From Paraspadella gotoi (taxonomy: Eukaryota > Animalia > Chaetognatha), in NCBI GenBank assembly GCA_051294375.1, contig JBJCIZ010000239.1:1382581-1446580 (forward strand): a DNA stretch of 64,000 bases, written 5' to 3'. The notes beneath the pieces are model-generated. The model did no database searches. It was not told where the DNA came from and saw only the letters and a list, made by a program, of their open reading frames with translations. The translations under genes were made by a program, and so were the position numbers. Of this stretch, positions 37,309 through 50,430 are shown piece by piece; position 1 is the stretch's first letter; each line of letters begins with the position of its first letter.

Positions 37309-39610
37309 TCTCTCGTCGGTTCGATGCAAGACAAAGTTTAAACCAGTTTCCCCTTTCAATCTCTGTCTCTCTCATATTCTCTTCTCTCTCTCTCTCGTTT
37401 TCCCTCTCTCTGTTATGTTTATCTTTGGCCCAGAAACCGATTCAAATTTTTTTTCCTCATGCGTCGATGCATGTATATACGGAATTTTTCGTTAGATCTT
37501 TTTTACCGTTCGGTCTGTCAGTCATTTAGTCGGTCTGTCGGTCTATTTGTTTGACAGTCGATATGTCTGTTGGTCAGACAGTCAATATGTAAGTGACCAT
37601 ATCGATTGCAGTTTCTAATATTCATAAAAATCACGTAGCTAATTACTATTAATTAATATAAATAATTAACAATTTCTCCGATCGACGCATCATTGGCATT
37701 TTTTTTTTCGATCCAAAAACTCGCGAAAGAATAACATTAGTTCCTCTCTGTCGGGAAAAACTGCTTAACTCTTTACGTCTTAAATTAGAAAAGAAAAAAA
37801 AAGACAAATTCGTATTTTTTTCTCTTTCTTTTTTTTTTTTGTATCTTCTTCCTCTTTCTCTTCATCTTTCTTTCATTCCTCGTTCACTTATTATATATAT
37901 ATCTTTTTCTTCATTTCTCTTTCATTCTTTGCTCATTTCTTATTATTCATATTTTCCTTTTTCTTTCTCCTTCATATTTCTTGTCCTCAATTTTTAACTT
38001 TGTCCAATTTTCCTTTTTTTAAAATTTTCCTTCCCTTTTTATTTCCTCTCTATTTCTATTTCCTTCTCTATTCTTAATCTTCTTCGTCTCTTTTCTCTTT
38101 CTCCCGCTTCTCCTTCTACCTCCCTTTCTTCTTCTCTTTCTCCCCTTTCCCCTCCTCCTCCTCCTCCTCTTCCTCCTCTGAAAATGACGTTCCCAATGAC
38201 GTCATAGCTTCTACTCTTTATTTTTCTTCTTTCGTTGCTGTAAATCGGTTTTTCACTCTCAACCGACTTTTCGCTTTTTTTTAAATTTGCATTTAACTTA
38301 TGTACTCGACCGAATTTCTTCTTGTAAGCGTCCGTGGTTTACGGCATTGAACGAATAGATAAAACTATTTAAAATGATTGGTAGATTGGCAGATATATCT
38401 TAATATCCATGCAGACAGTCAAATATGTGGATAAGGCGCTAAGTGGGCTAAAGAGTGCTATCCGCAACTTTTTTAACCCCCTCTTGCAGCCAAAGAACGG
38501 GTCCTCGGCTTGGAACCAGGCTTGAGTGTTTTCCAAAGCGGTTTATGGCCATCCTCACGCTTCGGGTTAAGTACCATTGTAGATCAATCCCGGTACCTAC
38601 TGGTCAAGAGCTGATGATCTTATGGCAGATTGAATTTGTTTCAATGACTGACTATAATATGTACAAACGAATATTTAACCAGACTGACAGACAGACAGAC
38701 AGACCATCCAAAAAAAATCAAAAAAGCGCTTGAGCGAAGAAATCTTTAAAAACTAACTCCCCCGACCTTTGACCTCAAAAAACGATGCCCAACAAAAAAA
38801 ACTGACGTCGCTCGTTTTCTCTTCTTTTTCTTTCTTTGTTGTTTTGTTTGTTTTCTTTTTTTTTGCGCCAGTGAGTTCTTTTTGTTTTGTTTTTTGTTTT
38901 TTTTTTTTTTTTTTTTTTTTTTGCCGGTTCGTTTCCTTTTTTTGATCCTCTGGGTCATTTTGTTGTGTTTTTTTTTGTTTGTTTATCTGCGGCGGAAGAC
39001 GCGCTACCTTTTCGGCAACGTTTGGTTCTCGCGTCAGCAGTCCGTCGCGAAGATCTATCCTAGAAAAAATTTTATTTGTTTAATCTGTCTTCTGTCTGTC
39101 TTCTCTCTCTCTGTCTGTCTCTCTCTCTTCTCTCCTCTCTTCTCTCTTTCTCTCTTTCTCNNNNNNNNNNNNNNNNNNNNNNNNNCTCTTTCTCTCTCTC
39201 TCTTTCTCTCTCTCTCTCTCCCTCTGTGATGCAAATTCGCGAAACAAACAAGAGAAAACAGGAAAAGAAAATAAAGCGGAAAATAAATATAAAATGGAAA
39301 TAAAGCGGAAATAAAATGAAAATAAAATGGAAATAAAATGGAATTTAAACAAAGAGGAAATATAAAGTTGTTGACGAAAACTCGACAATAGGAATCGTGG
39401 TGAAGAATCGAAGTGACTGTGATTCGGATTGAGAATGTGAATGTGATTGTGATCGTGATCGTAATTATGATTGTGATTGTGATTCTGATCGATCGGTAAT
39501 AATTTGAAATGGAAAGAATTTAAGAATTAAGAATTTTAAAAAAAAGGTCTCTGGTGTCTCAGCGTCGGAAATGAACCACCAGGACCGAAAGGGAAAGAAA
39601 GAAAAAGAGA

Positions 39611-41910
39611 AACTTATGTACTCGACCGAATTTCTTCTTGTAAGAGTAGCGGTAGCGACCAAATTCAAATTTTAATGGGAACCAGGGGCATATAAAACTA
39701 ATCCATTATTGGTATTAATTATTGTATTAAAATATTTTCTTGACAAAATGTTCCGAACAGGAGTAAATTCGCTAATTAATATGTTTATATATGCTATTGA
39801 TAATGTCAAAGAGATTTTTTTTTGATTTTTAAGTTTTTTTAATTGATTCTGAGTTAGAGCTTGTAAAAGTTAAAGACAAAAACTATAATTACAACTTTTT
39901 AAAAAATTTGGATGTTTTATTACTTAAAAATGTAGCGTAAATAAAAACTTGCTAAAAAATACCAGTCGGATGAATATATGATGATTAGGATAATGAATTT
40001 TTTTTACTGTATTGTCTTCCCAGTTTTAAACCCATCTTATCAGGTCTTAAAATATTGAAAAATGAATTTTGTATACTTTGTGTAGACACTTGTGATTGTT
40101 TTATAAGAGCTCTTTATCTGTTGAAATTTGCTTTTAAAGAAATACAAATAATTTAAGAAAATTAAAAATTTTGACATCTCTACATTATCTCTTCACTAGA
40201 ATAAAAAATTATTAAAAAATTTATCGAATTACTAATGCTTATTAGGCTTCATTTTTTAGGGAAAATTTTTCTGGGTCTCATTGGAATAGTTTTTCTCAGA
40301 AATGTATGATAAGTTTTCATTTTGGAAAGGTTCCCTAAAACCGTTTCTAAGTAACTTCTTGACCTCACTTCCATGTGTGTTAACAAAGTTTGGCTCTATT
40401 GTATTTATAGCGCCCGTGGTTTACTCTGGTGCATTGAACGAATAGATAGATAAATTTTCCTCATTTTTAATATGTGGATTGGTAGTATTGGCAGATATAT
40501 CTTAATTATCCATGCAGACAGTCAAATATGTGGATAAGGGCGCTAAGGTGTGGCTAAAGAGTGCTATCCGCAACTTCTTTTTAAAGCACCCTCTGCAGCC
40601 GAAAGAAACGCGGGAAACGTTAAGTTCCCTTCGGGCTTTCGAGAGAACCAGGCTTTGAAGTGTTTTCCAATCGGACAGGTTTGCATCGCGCCATCCTCAC
40701 GCTTCGGGTTCCGAGTACCATTGTAGATCAATTCCCGCGCCGGGTACCTATCTGTCCCCCGCCGGCAAGAGCTGATGATCTTATGTATTGGCAGGATTGA
40801 ATTTGTTTCACATCTGACTGACTATAATATGTTACAAACGCAATATCTGTAACACAGACTGAACAGACAGACAGACAATGACCATCGCTCGTCGCAAAAC
40901 AAATCAAAAAAAAAGCGCAAAAAATATTGAAGACGAAAAAAAAAAATACTTAAAAACTGATAACACTCGCCCCTCGAACCTGTTGACCTCAAAAAACGAT
41001 GCCAACAAAAAAAAACTGACGTCGCTCGTCTACTTTCTCTCTTCTTGTTCTTTCTTTTGTGTGTTTTGTTGCTTTTGCTATTTTGTTATTGCGGCCAGTG
41101 AGCTTTCTTTTGGTTTGTGTTTTTTGTGTTTTTTTTTTTTTATGTTTTCTGTTTTTTTGCCGGTTCGTTTCCTTTTTTTTGATCCTCTGGTGTCATTTTT
41201 GTGTTGTTTTTTTTTGTTTGTTCTATCGCGGCGGAGACGCGCTACCGTTGGCAACGCCGTTTGGTTCCTCGCGTACGCAGTCCAGAGATCGCGAAGATCT
41301 AGAAAAAAAATTTTTAGTTTGCTTTAGTCTACGTCTGCTGTCTGTCTCTCTCTCTGTCGTCTCTCTCTTCATCTCTACTTCTCTCTCCTCTTTCTCTCTT
41401 TCTCTCTTCTCTCTGTTCTCTCGTCTTTCTCTCTACCTCTGTGCATGCAAATTTCGCGGAAACAAAGCAGGACGAGAGAAAACAGGAAAAGAAAGGGGGA
41501 AAAGATAGGGAAATTTCTCAGCGATCGGGGAAGAAAAAATGAAGAAAATATAAAAAAATGGAATAATAAAGAGCGGGAAGGCAAAATGGATATATTTTTA
41601 AACCTGAAGGAAGATAAAATAAAATTGTGGAAATGAAAAATGTGAAATTTTAAAACTAAGAGGAGATATAAAAGTTCTGTTTGGAACGAGAAAACTCGGA
41701 CAATAAGGAATCAGTTGAAAAAAATGGCGTGAGAATCGGAAGAGTGACTGCTGATTCGGATTGAGGAATTAGGTCTGTGAATTGTGATGTTTTGTTGATC
41801 GTGTGATCGGTAATTATGATTTGTGATTTGTATTCTGAGTCTCGTATCGTTTAATAATTTTGAAATGGAAAGTAATTTAAGAGATTAAGAATTTAAAAAA
41901 AAAAACTAGG
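39611..41910 (+). other. Insertion-biased direct duplicate of ~38295-39560 carrying an extra ~760-bp insert
   Basis: Shared AACTTATGTACTCGACCGAATTTCTTCTTGTAAG at both copies; homology resumes at ~40408. Confidence 0.85.
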
Positions 41911-41964
41911 GCTGATGTCGAGAGATAAAAATATTCGCTCGTGATCTCTCTCTTCTTCTCTCTT

Positions 41965-42015
<51 letters not shown>

Positions 42016-42575
42016 CTCTTTCTTTCTTCTCTCTCTCTCATGCTCTCTCTCTCTCTCTCTCTCTTCTCTTCTCTCTCTCTCTTTCTTTCTTTCTCTTTCT
42101 CTCTCACTCTTTTTCCCCCCTTTTTCTCACAGTAAAAAAAGAAAGTACGATGAAAAATTTAAATAAAAAAAAAATTCGAGACGAAACGAAAAAAAATAAA
42201 ATAAAAAAGTTTTCGCGGTCGTCACGTCGTCGATATCAGTGAACCCTGCGCCTATCACTTTTCGCTCTCGTTCTCTCCTGCACTACCTCGTTCGACGAAA
42301 GATGAAAAAACAGCGAGTGACCCCACGTATGTTTCGAGGGAAAAAAATCCGCGTATCGTAAAGAGAGAGAGATGTGAGAGAGAGAGAGCGGAGAGGAGAG
42401 AGACGAGAGATGAGGAGGAGAGANNNNNNNNNNNNNNNNNNNNNNNNNCAGTAGGCTGATGTCGAAGAATAAAAATATTCCGTGATCTCTCTCTCTTCTC
42501 TCTTTCTAATCTCTCTTCTCTCTCTCGTCTCTCTCTCTCTCTCTCTCTCTCATCTCTTTCTTTCTCTCTCTCTCA

Positions 42576-42612
<37 letters not shown>

Positions 42613-42705
42613 GTCTTTCTTTCTTTCTCTTTCTCTCTCACTCTTTTTCCCCCCTTGATCTCACAGTAAAAAAAGAAAGTACGATGAAATAATTAAATAA
42701 AAAAA

Positions 42706-45700
42706 GAACGAATTGCGCTGAGCCAGTTCCGTTGTATTTATTAGCAAAGAAACTCTGATTTGTAATAAATACGTAAAAATATGATTAGTTAGATATTTGA
42801 AAATCCAGAAATATCCAAAGTCAGATCAACATTTATTTATTTTTTTGTTACAACAGATTTACAAATGTGTAGTTGTTTATTAAGGAGCTGGAGTCCAGTT
42901 CATAAGTATCAGTTTGATACTTTATAATTCGATTCCGGAGTTATCCATTTAATCCACCAAAAAAAAAAAAAAAAAAAAAACAAAAGTCCAAAAAACAGAA
43001 GGGGAAAGAGGGAGAAGGGAAATATTTACGTAATAGTTACACAATTGGGTAGTGAATATACAAATTTAATAGCGGAGCTAGTCACATTCAAGAGGTACAA
43101 GTTTATTACGATCACGTTTCATAGACTTTATCATCAGCTGTGCGTACAAAGAACGCGTCTTCACATGCGTTTACCTTCCCAGCGTTCAGATATCTCCCGC
43201 TAATCTCCATTGGCCCGTGATTTTAATTCGTATCTACCATTAAACCAGTTGATTTTCTTTTTAAAATTTTCCTGTGTCGTTTTCCATTTTTGACGCTGTT
43301 GAAGTGTAACTACATATCATGTTTCCACCATCCCCAAAAATTTCACTCTCAAACGTCTCGCCTGTATCCAAGTGCCCTCAAGCGCCCGTCGAACGGATTC
43401 TGGAGGCACAAATATATTGCTCTCGAGGGCGCATAGACGCTCGGGTAGGAATTGTGGCTGGCGTCAAAGCTTCCATTGTCACGTGATCTTCGCCGATTCG
43501 CGTTAAACGGGCGGCGGCTCTCACTCTCACTCAACCGAAGCTTATGCTTGTTGTTAGCACTTCTAGGTGTAGTTTATCTTTTTTCAGAATTGCGGTAAAT
43601 GTTTTTTCATTAGGAATTGCTACAAGGTCTCTCCACACGCCGCCCATTGCGGAGGCCATTGGAGGACGAAACCCATTCAACCCCATATTCCATCCATCTT
43701 TTTATGAACTTGTTTTCTCTCCATCTTGTTACTGCCCGCTTTCAATTCCGTGTCCGCTCCACGTAAGTTCTTCCATTATCACTATAGAATTTTTTCGTTC
43801 CGGGGCGCGGAATTGACCGATTATTGAATAATAAATTGAGGAAGGAAGCATATATCATGTTAAAACTTCTAGTGTGAACGGCCCTCTGGATTTAAAACAC
43901 GTGTACAAGGCTACCCAACGTTTGGCGCCTGCCCGGCCACCGTGACGACATGGAAGGGCCAAAAATGTCAACACCGACCACTGAAACGGTTCTCCGATGG
44001 TCAGCGGTTCTTCGGGTATATCGCCGATTTTTTGTGTCGCCGGGGGCGGAAATTTTCTGGCAGCAGCTGGACGCGTTTTTGAGGCGGAATCTCACGGCCT
44101 GGCCGCATTGACGGGATATGAAAACGGGCGCCGGATCTCCGCGAGAACATGTTCAACGCTCCGCATGAGCTTTTCTTGCTCATGTATATAGCAAATATTA
44201 ATCACGTACTGAGTCGGGTCATTTTTGGGTCGAGCACGATCGGGGTGTCGAGTCTCATATGACAAGTCCGCTTTTCCTATCGGCCGCCAATCGTATTATA
44301 ACATACTTCAGTATCTAAGAATGGGTTGAGCTGCCGTAGCGAGATTCTCGTCTGACGTCAGTCAGCTCTCGCATCTGGAAAAGCGTACATTTTTTTCTCT
44401 GAGTTGACGCTATTCATCCGGAAATAGCGCGTGTAAGCTCGGGCATTTGAATGATTTCAGCTTCTTTGTAGGTCATTTAGGTTTTAACCATTTCATCTTT
44501 TTTGGTTGAGCATCGCGTCATGGCGCAATGCTTTATCTACCACCTATCCAGTTCATGATCACGATTTATCGTCGCGATTCAACGAAGTTTTTATGTGAAT
44601 TGAGGCACTGCGCGCGTATTCGCCAGCGGACCAGTGTCAGTATCGAATCTTTTGTACGTTTTCCTATTGGACGATTCGGCATCTTAGATTCCATCGCGAG
44701 GATATCCGCGGGGGAATAGGCTTGAAGATAGTTTTTGTTTTCGGGCCACTCTTCTTCCGGGCGCCACAAAAAATTCGGCGGCCTTGGTGGAACGCGTCGC
44801 CATTTTGGATCGCCCAGACGTAATCCGCGGCTACAATTCATCTGCAGGGTTGTCATCTGTGCAACGTGAGCGCCATTTCTGCACATCGGTTAATTGCCCT
44901 GATTCGAAACAAGCGGTTTTGAAAAAGGCTGGCAAATTTAGATTTACGCATCAAAAATTTTTTCAAAACAGTCTCTGAATCAGTCCACATAACTACCTTT
45001 TCGTAAATGATTCGTTCGATCATCTCGTCAACACCGATATGTCGGATTTAACCACCGAGGCATGCCGGCTCGTTCAACGTCCAAGCTTCTCGGATTGAAT
45101 GTGGATGAGATGCTTTGGAGGAATCCAACGGGCGTTACTCGACCTAGACATAATAAATGCAACATAGATTTCCCTTGATTTTTGTGTTGTGTACAGTTCT
45201 GCGATACACTACTACGCCATAGCCATCATGGCTGCGTCAGAAAATTACATGCAGTTCTGGCGTGATCTTCTGTTGTTTCTCTTGTGGCGATCCATCGCGG
45301 GCACTTGATGCGACTCCAGTTTCCGCATCTGTGTTCGCCAAGTGTTGAAGTCCTGTACGAGATCATCTGAAGTGCGTGAATCCCAGTCTGTTGTCGCCTC
45401 ATTCGCGCGTTGAAAGTATAATTACGTCCTTTCAATGTAAATGGTGAGACGATTCCCAATGCGGTCGTACAAGCTGCTTTTAGGATGAAATTGTTTTAGT
45501 GATACCAAACGTTTCATGACTTATCCTGGTTAACACAAGGGGAAAAAATAATCATCAAAAAATGAAGAAAGCAACACCCAAATACTTTATCTCCTGGCGC
45601 GCATCTTTGGTGTCGTCGTCATCATTTCCCATCCTGTAAAGTCATTTGATAGATCTGCTGATTTGTCCGGTTCATCTTCAGGACATCGGAACTGAACCAT

Positions 45701-46998
45701 TCCATGTTGTCAACTCAAAGCCGCCAAGGCGAGGGCTTCGACGAGGCCCTTCTTCAACTCACGCGCAGTTTCCTCATTTGGCGTAGAACGAGAAATCATC
45801 GACAGAGAACTGTCGGATAATGGCTTCGACGACTTCCATTGAAGGCTCCCTTCCAACGTCTTGCTGAGTCTTGAGGTGGATTTGCGACCAACGGTGGAAC
45901 TCTTTGCGCCGAAAAATGTGCACTCTAATGAAGAGAACAGGTTGTACAAGTATCATCTCGAACCACCAATAACCGAAAGCAATGAATATCATTTTCATCG
46001 ACAAATACTTGATGGAAGAAAAAGCCGCGGATATCGCGCGGCCAGTGCCACCCTATGACGACGAAATCGGAGCATTAACGCCCAAGCATATTCGTATTGA
46101 TAGTCGGATCCATGAGTAATTCGTCATTTAAAACATTTACCTCTTCACTTGCACGTGCGTCGCAAATTCGGACTTTGTCTTTGTCTCGTCGTACGAGCAA
46201 CGTGACGGAAGGTTTCCAGATTGGGTTTACCGGGGGGACATCGTCAGGTGTCAACTCTACGAGCATGACCTCTTCACGAATTTTTCATTCTTCATGTACC
46301 CTTTTTTTATCAGCGGGATATCTATTGAGTTTTCGCATAAGAGATTGTAACCGGTAATGCCATTGTGGCAGAACTCTACTATTCAAATTTCTCCGCCTTT
46401 TCCTACCTCTCATCCAAGGCAAAAACCTACAAAATAAGTGACCTTCTTCTCGTCAAACCGTATTGTATCTTCTAGTTGTTTTACCGCGATTACGTCTTCA
46501 ACCGATGCAAACTTTCTAGCACTAGGCGCCGCGGGACGAAATCCGAATGAAACAGACTCGATGTCTCTTGCTATTTTCTTCTCATCTTCGTTCGACAATT
46601 TCCCTGTTTGATGCGGGCACAATGTTACATCATTGCTGCCTCATACCGAGGGCCGCAGGTCCAACGAGAGTCCAGCCAAAGGCAGTCATAAGTGCAATTG
46701 GCTGATCTGCGGGCCTATGCGATCGAACTTCGCGCCAATCCAGTATAAGCAAACCACTGCTGGGAGGATGCAGGTCCAACCTCCTTATCGGGAGATTGCG
46801 GAAAAGAAACCCCCTCTAAGTGCTGTTTTCCGGCCACATTTCCATTGGAAGGGGGAGTCATCCTCCGACGTCAGCATTTTCCCACTATTGCCGGCGTACA
46901 GAAAATGAGAAATTCCATCGAGTGGTTCACAGTGAAATCGTCACTTCTCGAGCATCGTCTTCGGCGCAATCGGAGGTCCTGATTCTCATGGATCTCCT
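42706..46998 (-). mobile_element. BEL/Pao LTR retrotransposon fragment (pol: RT, RNase H/peptidase A17 region, integrase); 5'-truncated, many frameshifts, no LTR recognised
   Basis: Motifs on the minus strand in Pao order: PIALMTAFGWTLVGP-like (~46650-46700), EDVIAVKQLEDTIRFD, DKDKVRICDARA...LNDELL, FGAKSS, FSVDDF (YVDD-type, 45792-45809), GIVSPFTLKGR, VVMWTDSETVL (WTDS at 44976-44987), DDNPADEL, FLWRPEEEWP, VVGVDIFGP (~43955-43985), PPMASAMGGVW (~43630-43670), RDRNKLVPLECD* (stop 43078-43080). Complex sequence, unlike the flanks. Confidence 0.9.
43078..46990 (-). pseudogene. pol: Disrupted BEL/Pao pol reading frame
   Basis: Domain motifs hop between frames. The frameshifts may be true decay or uncorrected long-read error. 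Confidence 0.75.
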
Positions 46999-47503
46999 AG
47001 AGAGAGAGAGAGAGAGAGCGATCAACACTCAACAGTCGCTTGTTCAAAAATTAAGAGTTTGTGGGGGGAAAACTGTTTCGAAATACTAATTCACTTGAAT
47101 TAAACGAATTTTTAAAAATAAGAAATTTACTTTTGTGGGATCGATCTTTTTTTTATATATAATTTCGTTTCAAATATAAAAATAAATCAACTGTGACGTT
47201 GGTGAAAGATACAGGGTGACTTACTTTTGGTTTAAAAAATATTGTAGGACAAATAATCTTGTAATTTTCATAAATAAAAGTTGTTTCTTTACTTTCTTTA
47301 TTTATTATATTATATTATATTATAATATATTATATATATTATAATATATTAAATTATATTATATTATTACTAAACTAAATCACTCATCAGAATTGCCCTG
47401 TAATTTTTCTCCGTTAAGAAAAATCGAATAAGAAATATTTTTTTGGCGACAGATTTTTTCGAAGTTTATTTTCGCGATAGAATGGGAGAGAGCAGGGAGA
47501 GAG

Positions 47504-47550
<47 letters not shown>

Positions 47551-47649
47551 CGGAGGGAGATAGGGAGAAAGAGTCGCCTCAGATTATTAGGGTTAAATAA
47601 TTTTGCGTGGGCGGGAGCTATAACAGTGCCTCACTCTGCTAAATGCTTT

Positions 47650-47805
47650 GCGAGACTGTGTGTGTGTGTGTGTGAGCGACTGTGAAAAACTGTGAGAGAC
47701 TGTCTTAGACTGTGAGAGTCAGTGACAGACTGTGAGAGACTGTCTGAGACTGTGAGAAACTGTGAGAAACTGTGAGAGACTGTCTGAGACTGTGAGAGAC
47801 TGTGA
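47650..47805. repeat. 10-bp tandem repeat (GACTGTGAGA)n plus (TG)n
   Basis: Directly visible, about 12 units. Confidence 0.9.
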
Positions 47806-48269
47806 TCGAGTGAGTTCGAGTAAGGGGCTCGGGAGACTGAGTGAGACCTCAAAATTAAAACCCAGAAAACCCAATTAGATTTAAAAAAAAAAAGCGATGA
47901 CTCGATGTTGGACAAACAAGACTTTATCGCCTCTCGAAAGATAAGAACGCGGGGGAAACCGGACTGAAAAAAATGTAGCAGAAAATATCAGAAAATAGCG
48001 GATAAAAAATGGCCAAAAAAAATTCCCCTTAAAAAAAATGGTCAAACATTGCTTCTAAAAAAAATCAAAAAATTGCCCCCCCAAAAAAATAACGCGCAAA
48101 AATTGGCGAGAGAAAACTGGGATTTCTAAGAAATCGGCGACAAGGTTTCCGTTAACGGATGCGGAGAAACTACGACATTAAAATTTAATAAAAAAAGGAA
48201 AAAAAGAGAGAAAAAAAACTAAAAATAGAAAAAGACTTTCCTTGAAAGAAACAAGAACAGAAATTGAAA

Positions 48270-48549
48270 ATGTTGTTTTGCGTCGCGGTGACTTTGTTAT
48301 CCCGTGTATTTCAGTCTATTTTCCGACAGTTACTGAATTGGAATGTCTTTTATTTTTTATAGTTTATTAGAGATTTCTTTCAAAAAAACAAAAAGCGGCG
48401 CGAGTAGTCGCTTATATTTGAGGTTTTTTCCTGTCTTAACAAATGAGCAACCGATTATAGGCGAGTTGCGAGCATCTTTGATGTAATTGGGTCAGACCGA
48501 AGGACAGACAGACCGACCGAAAAGTGAGTACTCGCCGTGCAACTAAAAA
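48270..48549. mobile_element. HINE-like element copy
   Basis: GACTTTGTTATCCCGTGTATTTC...ACAAATGAGCAACC...GACCGACCGAAAAGTGAGTACTCGCCGTGCAACTAAAAA. Confidence 0.55.
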
Positions 48550-48597
48550 GGGATCAAAGGTGATCATTGTTTCTCAATTTATTTTCGTCAATGTTTT

Positions 48598-48926
48598 CTT
48601 TTTTTTTTAGTACTCTTGGAGAAACTTTTCGGTCGGGCTGTCGGTCGGTCCGTCGGTATGTCTGTCGGTCAGTCTGTCCCACTTACGTTAAAATTGCATA
48701 ATTTGCCTATAGTTGGTAGCTCAAATCTAGGGGACTGCTAGCGCCGCCTCCAAGAAAATCCTAAAACTATAAAGAATAAAAGACGGAATTTCGATGCAGT
48801 GCGTGTCATAAATGCACGGGATAAGATAGTTTTTTTAGTCATGTCATATCATGTCATGTCATATAATGTGATCGAAAGAAAATAAAGTCACTACGGCGCA
48901 ACACATTGGATGAACCGGCCTTGTTT
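48598..48926. mobile_element. HINE-like element copy, inverted relative to 48270-48549
   Basis: TTTTTAG...ACTTTTCGGTCGG (GGTC)n...GCAGTGCGTGTCATAAAT...(TCATG)n...GGCGCAACACATTGGATGAACCGGCCTTGTT. Confidence 0.6.
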
Positions 48927-49765
48927 CTTTTTTTTTTCTTTTTTTTCGCCCAAACTCGTTTTGGGATTTTCTTAGTTTTTTTTTTTCGATTGACTCAGAG
49001 ACAAACGTTTTCAAATTTTCGAAATATGAAGAAGATTATGATTGATATCAATACTTCGCTAGCGCATCTTAAATAGCAGACGTTATTTTCAAAATTTCGT
49101 TAGTTTTAGAAAGATTTAAAAACCGAAGTGGAAAAAAAAAATATTTAAAAGTCAAAACCGAACGAGTATTCAATTTATTACTGAAAGTTAAACCTCCACG
49201 TCGTTTTAAATCTAAGCAACTCTATTCACTTTTTTTTTGTTAACTTATTTTTAAAATTTAATCAAAAAAAGTTTTTTTTTAATCTTAAAATTAAAGAGTA
49301 GATTTCGTTAAGACGATATTGCGAATGAGCGAGAAACGATCATCAGCGAGAAACGTCATCGTAGTGAAGGGCGTCGTCGTGGTCCGCAAGGCGTCGCGGT
49401 AAGCGGCGGCGTCGCGCTCAGATCGGCGTCGTTTTAAGAGCGGCGTTCTATTTTCGCCGGCGTCAATTTGATGCCATCGGCGCGCCTTTGGCGCCGCTCA
49501 TAAAATCGGTTCCAAAATCTTTTAACTGTCGTGGTAGTCGGTTGTCGGTTCCTCGATGTCGTCTTTGTCGTTGTCGTCGTTGTCTTCATCTTCTTCGTTT
49601 TCGTCGTTGTCGTCGTTGTCGTCTTCACGTTGTCGTCGTCTTCCTCTTCTTCTTCCTCCTCGTCGTCGTCGTCGTCGTTGTTGTCTTCGCAGTTTTTTCT
49701 TTAAATACCAAAACCTGTTTTGAAGAGATTCGACGCTGGTTGGCCGTCAACTACAACTGCTTTTC

Positions 49766-49798
<33 letters not shown>

Positions 49799-50346
49799 AG
49801 CGGCTCATCCGGGTCGTCGTCGTGATCGTCGTCGTCTTCGTTATCGTCGTCATCGATAATTAATCGCGGCGGGTAATTTGTTGGCTCGGTTACTTCGTCT
49901 GCTGAGGTTTTCGACGCTCGGCCGAATTTATTACTTCTTATTTTATTATTATCAGTATTATTATTTTTACTGTTGTTTAATATAAATATTTAGCTTTGTA
50001 TTTAATTATTTTACTTGGTTAATTTGTTTTTAAGTGTTATTTCGTTTTAAAGAAGCGATGTCTCAGTGTTGTTTTTCTGTTTTGTGTCACTTGTCTTTTT
50101 TTATGTGTTTTCCTACAAAACAGTCTCTCTCTCGACGGTTGCTTCCGATTTTTCCCTTTTAGTTTCGGTTCTCTGTTTTCTTTTCTTGTTTTATTCTGTT
50201 TTGTCTCTCTCTCTTTGTCTCAGGTCCTCTCTCTCGGTTTCTCGCGAAAGAATTAATCAAAAAAAATTAAGCGAAGAGAAACGAAAGGAAATTTTGGTCG
50301 CATTTCTTCTGTCGCCTTTTCTAGTCTTGCATACTTTCTCTCTCTC

Positions 50347-50430
<84 letters not shown>

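Noticed and set aside
42706-43077. Possible 3' LTR and polypurine tract of the Pao element
   Set aside because: No second copy and no clear TG...CA ends. The purine run at ~43000 is on the wrong strand for a PPT.
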